Source: Oopsacas minuta
Lineage: Eukaryota > Animalia > Porifera
Assembly: GCA_024704765.1 (NCBI GenBank)
Contig: JAKMXF010000311.1
Span: 248,001 to 312,000, forward strand
Direction of reading: 5' to 3'
Length of the DNA stretch: 64,000 nucleotides
The notes beneath the pieces were generated by a model. That model was given only the letters and a program-made list of their open reading frames with translations, was not told the DNA's origin and did no database searches. The position numbers were made by a program, and so were the translations under genes. Every line of letters starts with the position of its first letter. Within the stretch, counting starts at the first letter, position 1. This document shows, piece by piece, positions 61,925 to 64,000 of this stretch.

Positions 61925-64000
61925 ATGTCATTAAAACCATTACTACTTCTCCTGCTCACTCTCGTGCTGGTGATACAGGCAGACAATGACACATGTCCTA
62001 CAGAAGTAACAAGAAGGAATGCCATACAATGCTTCACTTATCCCAGATCAAGATGTGTTACAGAAACACAAGTATTCTCAACTAACACTTCTCTATTCAT
62101 AGGAAATAGTACGGTTGTAGATTTAGAATCAGAGCTACGAGTTTTTAGAGTGCTTAATAAACTGTTGGCGAATTTTACTGGAATGCAGTTAGGCTGTGAG
62201 GGATTCTACCAAACTCTTATTTGCTTATATCTATACACACCATGCTTTGAGGAAAAACCGTTGAGATTTTGTGAAGAATCATGTATAGCCATCAAGGAAT
62301 CTCAATGTACAATTAATTCAAACCTCTTCACAGTAGTTGCCGAGACGTTAAACGATTCAATATTTAGCGAAGTTAATTTCGAAGATTGTACTGAATTAAA
62401 CCAGCGCGTAGACGGTTATCCAGAGATAGAAAGTCAGGATTATAGTGCAGGATTAGGCTGTACATATGTTGGATTACCTGGTGCGAAAAATGCAGTGAAC
62501 GGACAGGTTAAATTAGTGACAGATGACACACATGATTCTACAAATATTTATGCTACGTCGTCAGATGGTGTAGTGCAAGTGTTGAATCTTGCGGCGAATA
62601 TTTGGGGAGATGTTTGCATCGAGGAAGGGATGAGTGATGAAGAAAGGGAGAAAATTGCTCATGTCGTGTGTAATAGTATTGATTATCCAGGAGGACATAC
62701 TGAGGTAAGGATCATATACACATATGATACAAATTTCTAAACTGGGGGGTCAAGGAATTTGAAACAGCGGTTCCCAACCTTTACGCCCGTGGAGCGTGGA
62801 CTCCCTACTGTCGCCCGTGGTCCACCAAGGGGTCCATGTTCTCTAAGTTGGGAACCGCGAACATCTGCCTTGAGGCATCAAAGTTTTTTTTGAAAAATTA
62901 CGTTTCAACGGCTAGTCGAGTATGGAGATTCAAATATTGATATTTTCAAATATTTTTCCATATGATTCAGTATATGATTGATCATATTTCACACTTTCTA
63001 TGTAAATTCGATGAGTTTTATGAAATGAAATTTCTCTAGTCTTTTATCGGAGGACCTTCAACATCATCAGGGTACTATATGATAAACCAGCTAAGCTGTA
63101 ATGGCAATGAATCTCAGCTATCTGACTGTATACACAATGGTTATGATTACAAGAATTGTGCAATTGACAGGCGATTACATGTAAGTTGTAGTAAAGAGTT
63201 AGGATCTCTACGGCTAGATAATGAACAGAGAGGAGACCATATGGTATCTGGGGTACCGATTATACAGCTGACGAGCGGTGTAGCTGAATTCTGTGCGGAC
63301 ACGTTCACGATGGAAACCGGGAATGTAATCTGTAATTATATTGACGCTTCGTTCCCAAACTTAACTATAACTTATTCTGGTCAGTTTGAAAATGAAGATA
63401 TCGAATTGGCTACTTTTAATTGTGATGGAGGTGAAGCGCGTATTCTCCAGTGCGAACAGGTCAATATATCATGCCCATCGAATGAGAGAGTATTGATATT
63501 TTGTGAAAACTTAGAACCAGATACAAGGATTTTCATCAATTTAACCCCCATGGAAAGCGTAATACTCGGAGCTAGTATAATAATACTCATTCTATTGCTG
63601 ACCATATGTTTTGTTATTATAATGTTCTGTCGATACAGAAATACCACAAACAAGAAAATACAAGGGAATCTTTCTAATACATTAACAATGAGAACCATGA
63701 ATACTTCTGTTTCTATCACAGGCCAATATCGCCTCCCACAGACCGCAAGCAATGGCTCCACTGCAACCAGACCCATCATAGACTATGATTATAACCCAAG
63801 AGGATACGCCATCGAAAACAAAAATAATTCAAAATCTCTACCGAAAGAAGAAAGCACAGTAAGTCCAATACAAAACTACATGGTTACTACATTAGGAGCA
63901 GAGAGCCTACCTACGGATGTAGAGCTCACTAAAAACTACATAACGGAGTATTGCGGGGCGGATATATGTGATTATTTTATACCTATGGATAAATTGGAAC
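61925..64000 (+). CDS. Single-pass receptor: signal peptide, Frizzled-type CRD, two SRCR domains, TM and cytoplasmic region; probable receptor tyrosine kinase, truncated by the window end (exons 61925-62704 and 63040 onward)
   Basis: Signal peptide MSLKPLLLLLL. CRD pattern C..LICLYLYTPC...FCEESCIAIKESQC. SRCR1 GVVQV..WGDVC..AHVVC|..LSCNGNESQLSDC..C..LHVSC. SRCR2 LRL..FCAD..NVIC..FNCDGGEARILQC..LIFC. TM VILGASIIILILLLTICFVIIMFC. The frame stays open to the end, ...DYFIPMDKLE, which resembles the lead-in to a kinase domain. The kinase itself is not visible. Confidence 0.8.
62765..62860. mobile_element. Family D hAT-like MITE in the receptor intron
   Basis: cagcggttcccaacc...aagttgggaaccgcga. 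Confidence 0.75.

Overview
Eukaryotic, AT-rich, intron-containing animal genomic DNA. There is no prokaryotic operon, CRISPR array or rRNA. The compact layout and gene repertoire suggest a non-bilaterian such as a sponge, possibly a glass sponge like Oopsacas; this is inference only. Ten protein-coding genes can be assembled by hand from GT-AG splicing. On the + strand: an orphan multi-exon gene with KH-like folds (1617-6855); an intronless B3GLCT nested antisense in a DOCK intron; and a signal peptide-Frizzled CRD-SRCR-SRCR-TM receptor, probably a tyrosine kinase, that runs off the right end. On the - strand: DNAJC27/RBJ, an Id/emc-like HLH lacking a basic region, VPS18, an SH3-type DOCK GEF (25029-48722), DIS3L2, PARP3, and the 3' part of SCAPER. 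Introns and intergenic DNA are full of short non-autonomous TIR elements from at least six families. The most striking observation is that DIS3L2 appears to carry an N-terminal TSG101-like UEV domain, joined by two in-frame phase-1 GT-AG introns. I do not know this architecture from any characterised DIS3L2. All family assignments come from motif recognition by eye, not from database searches.
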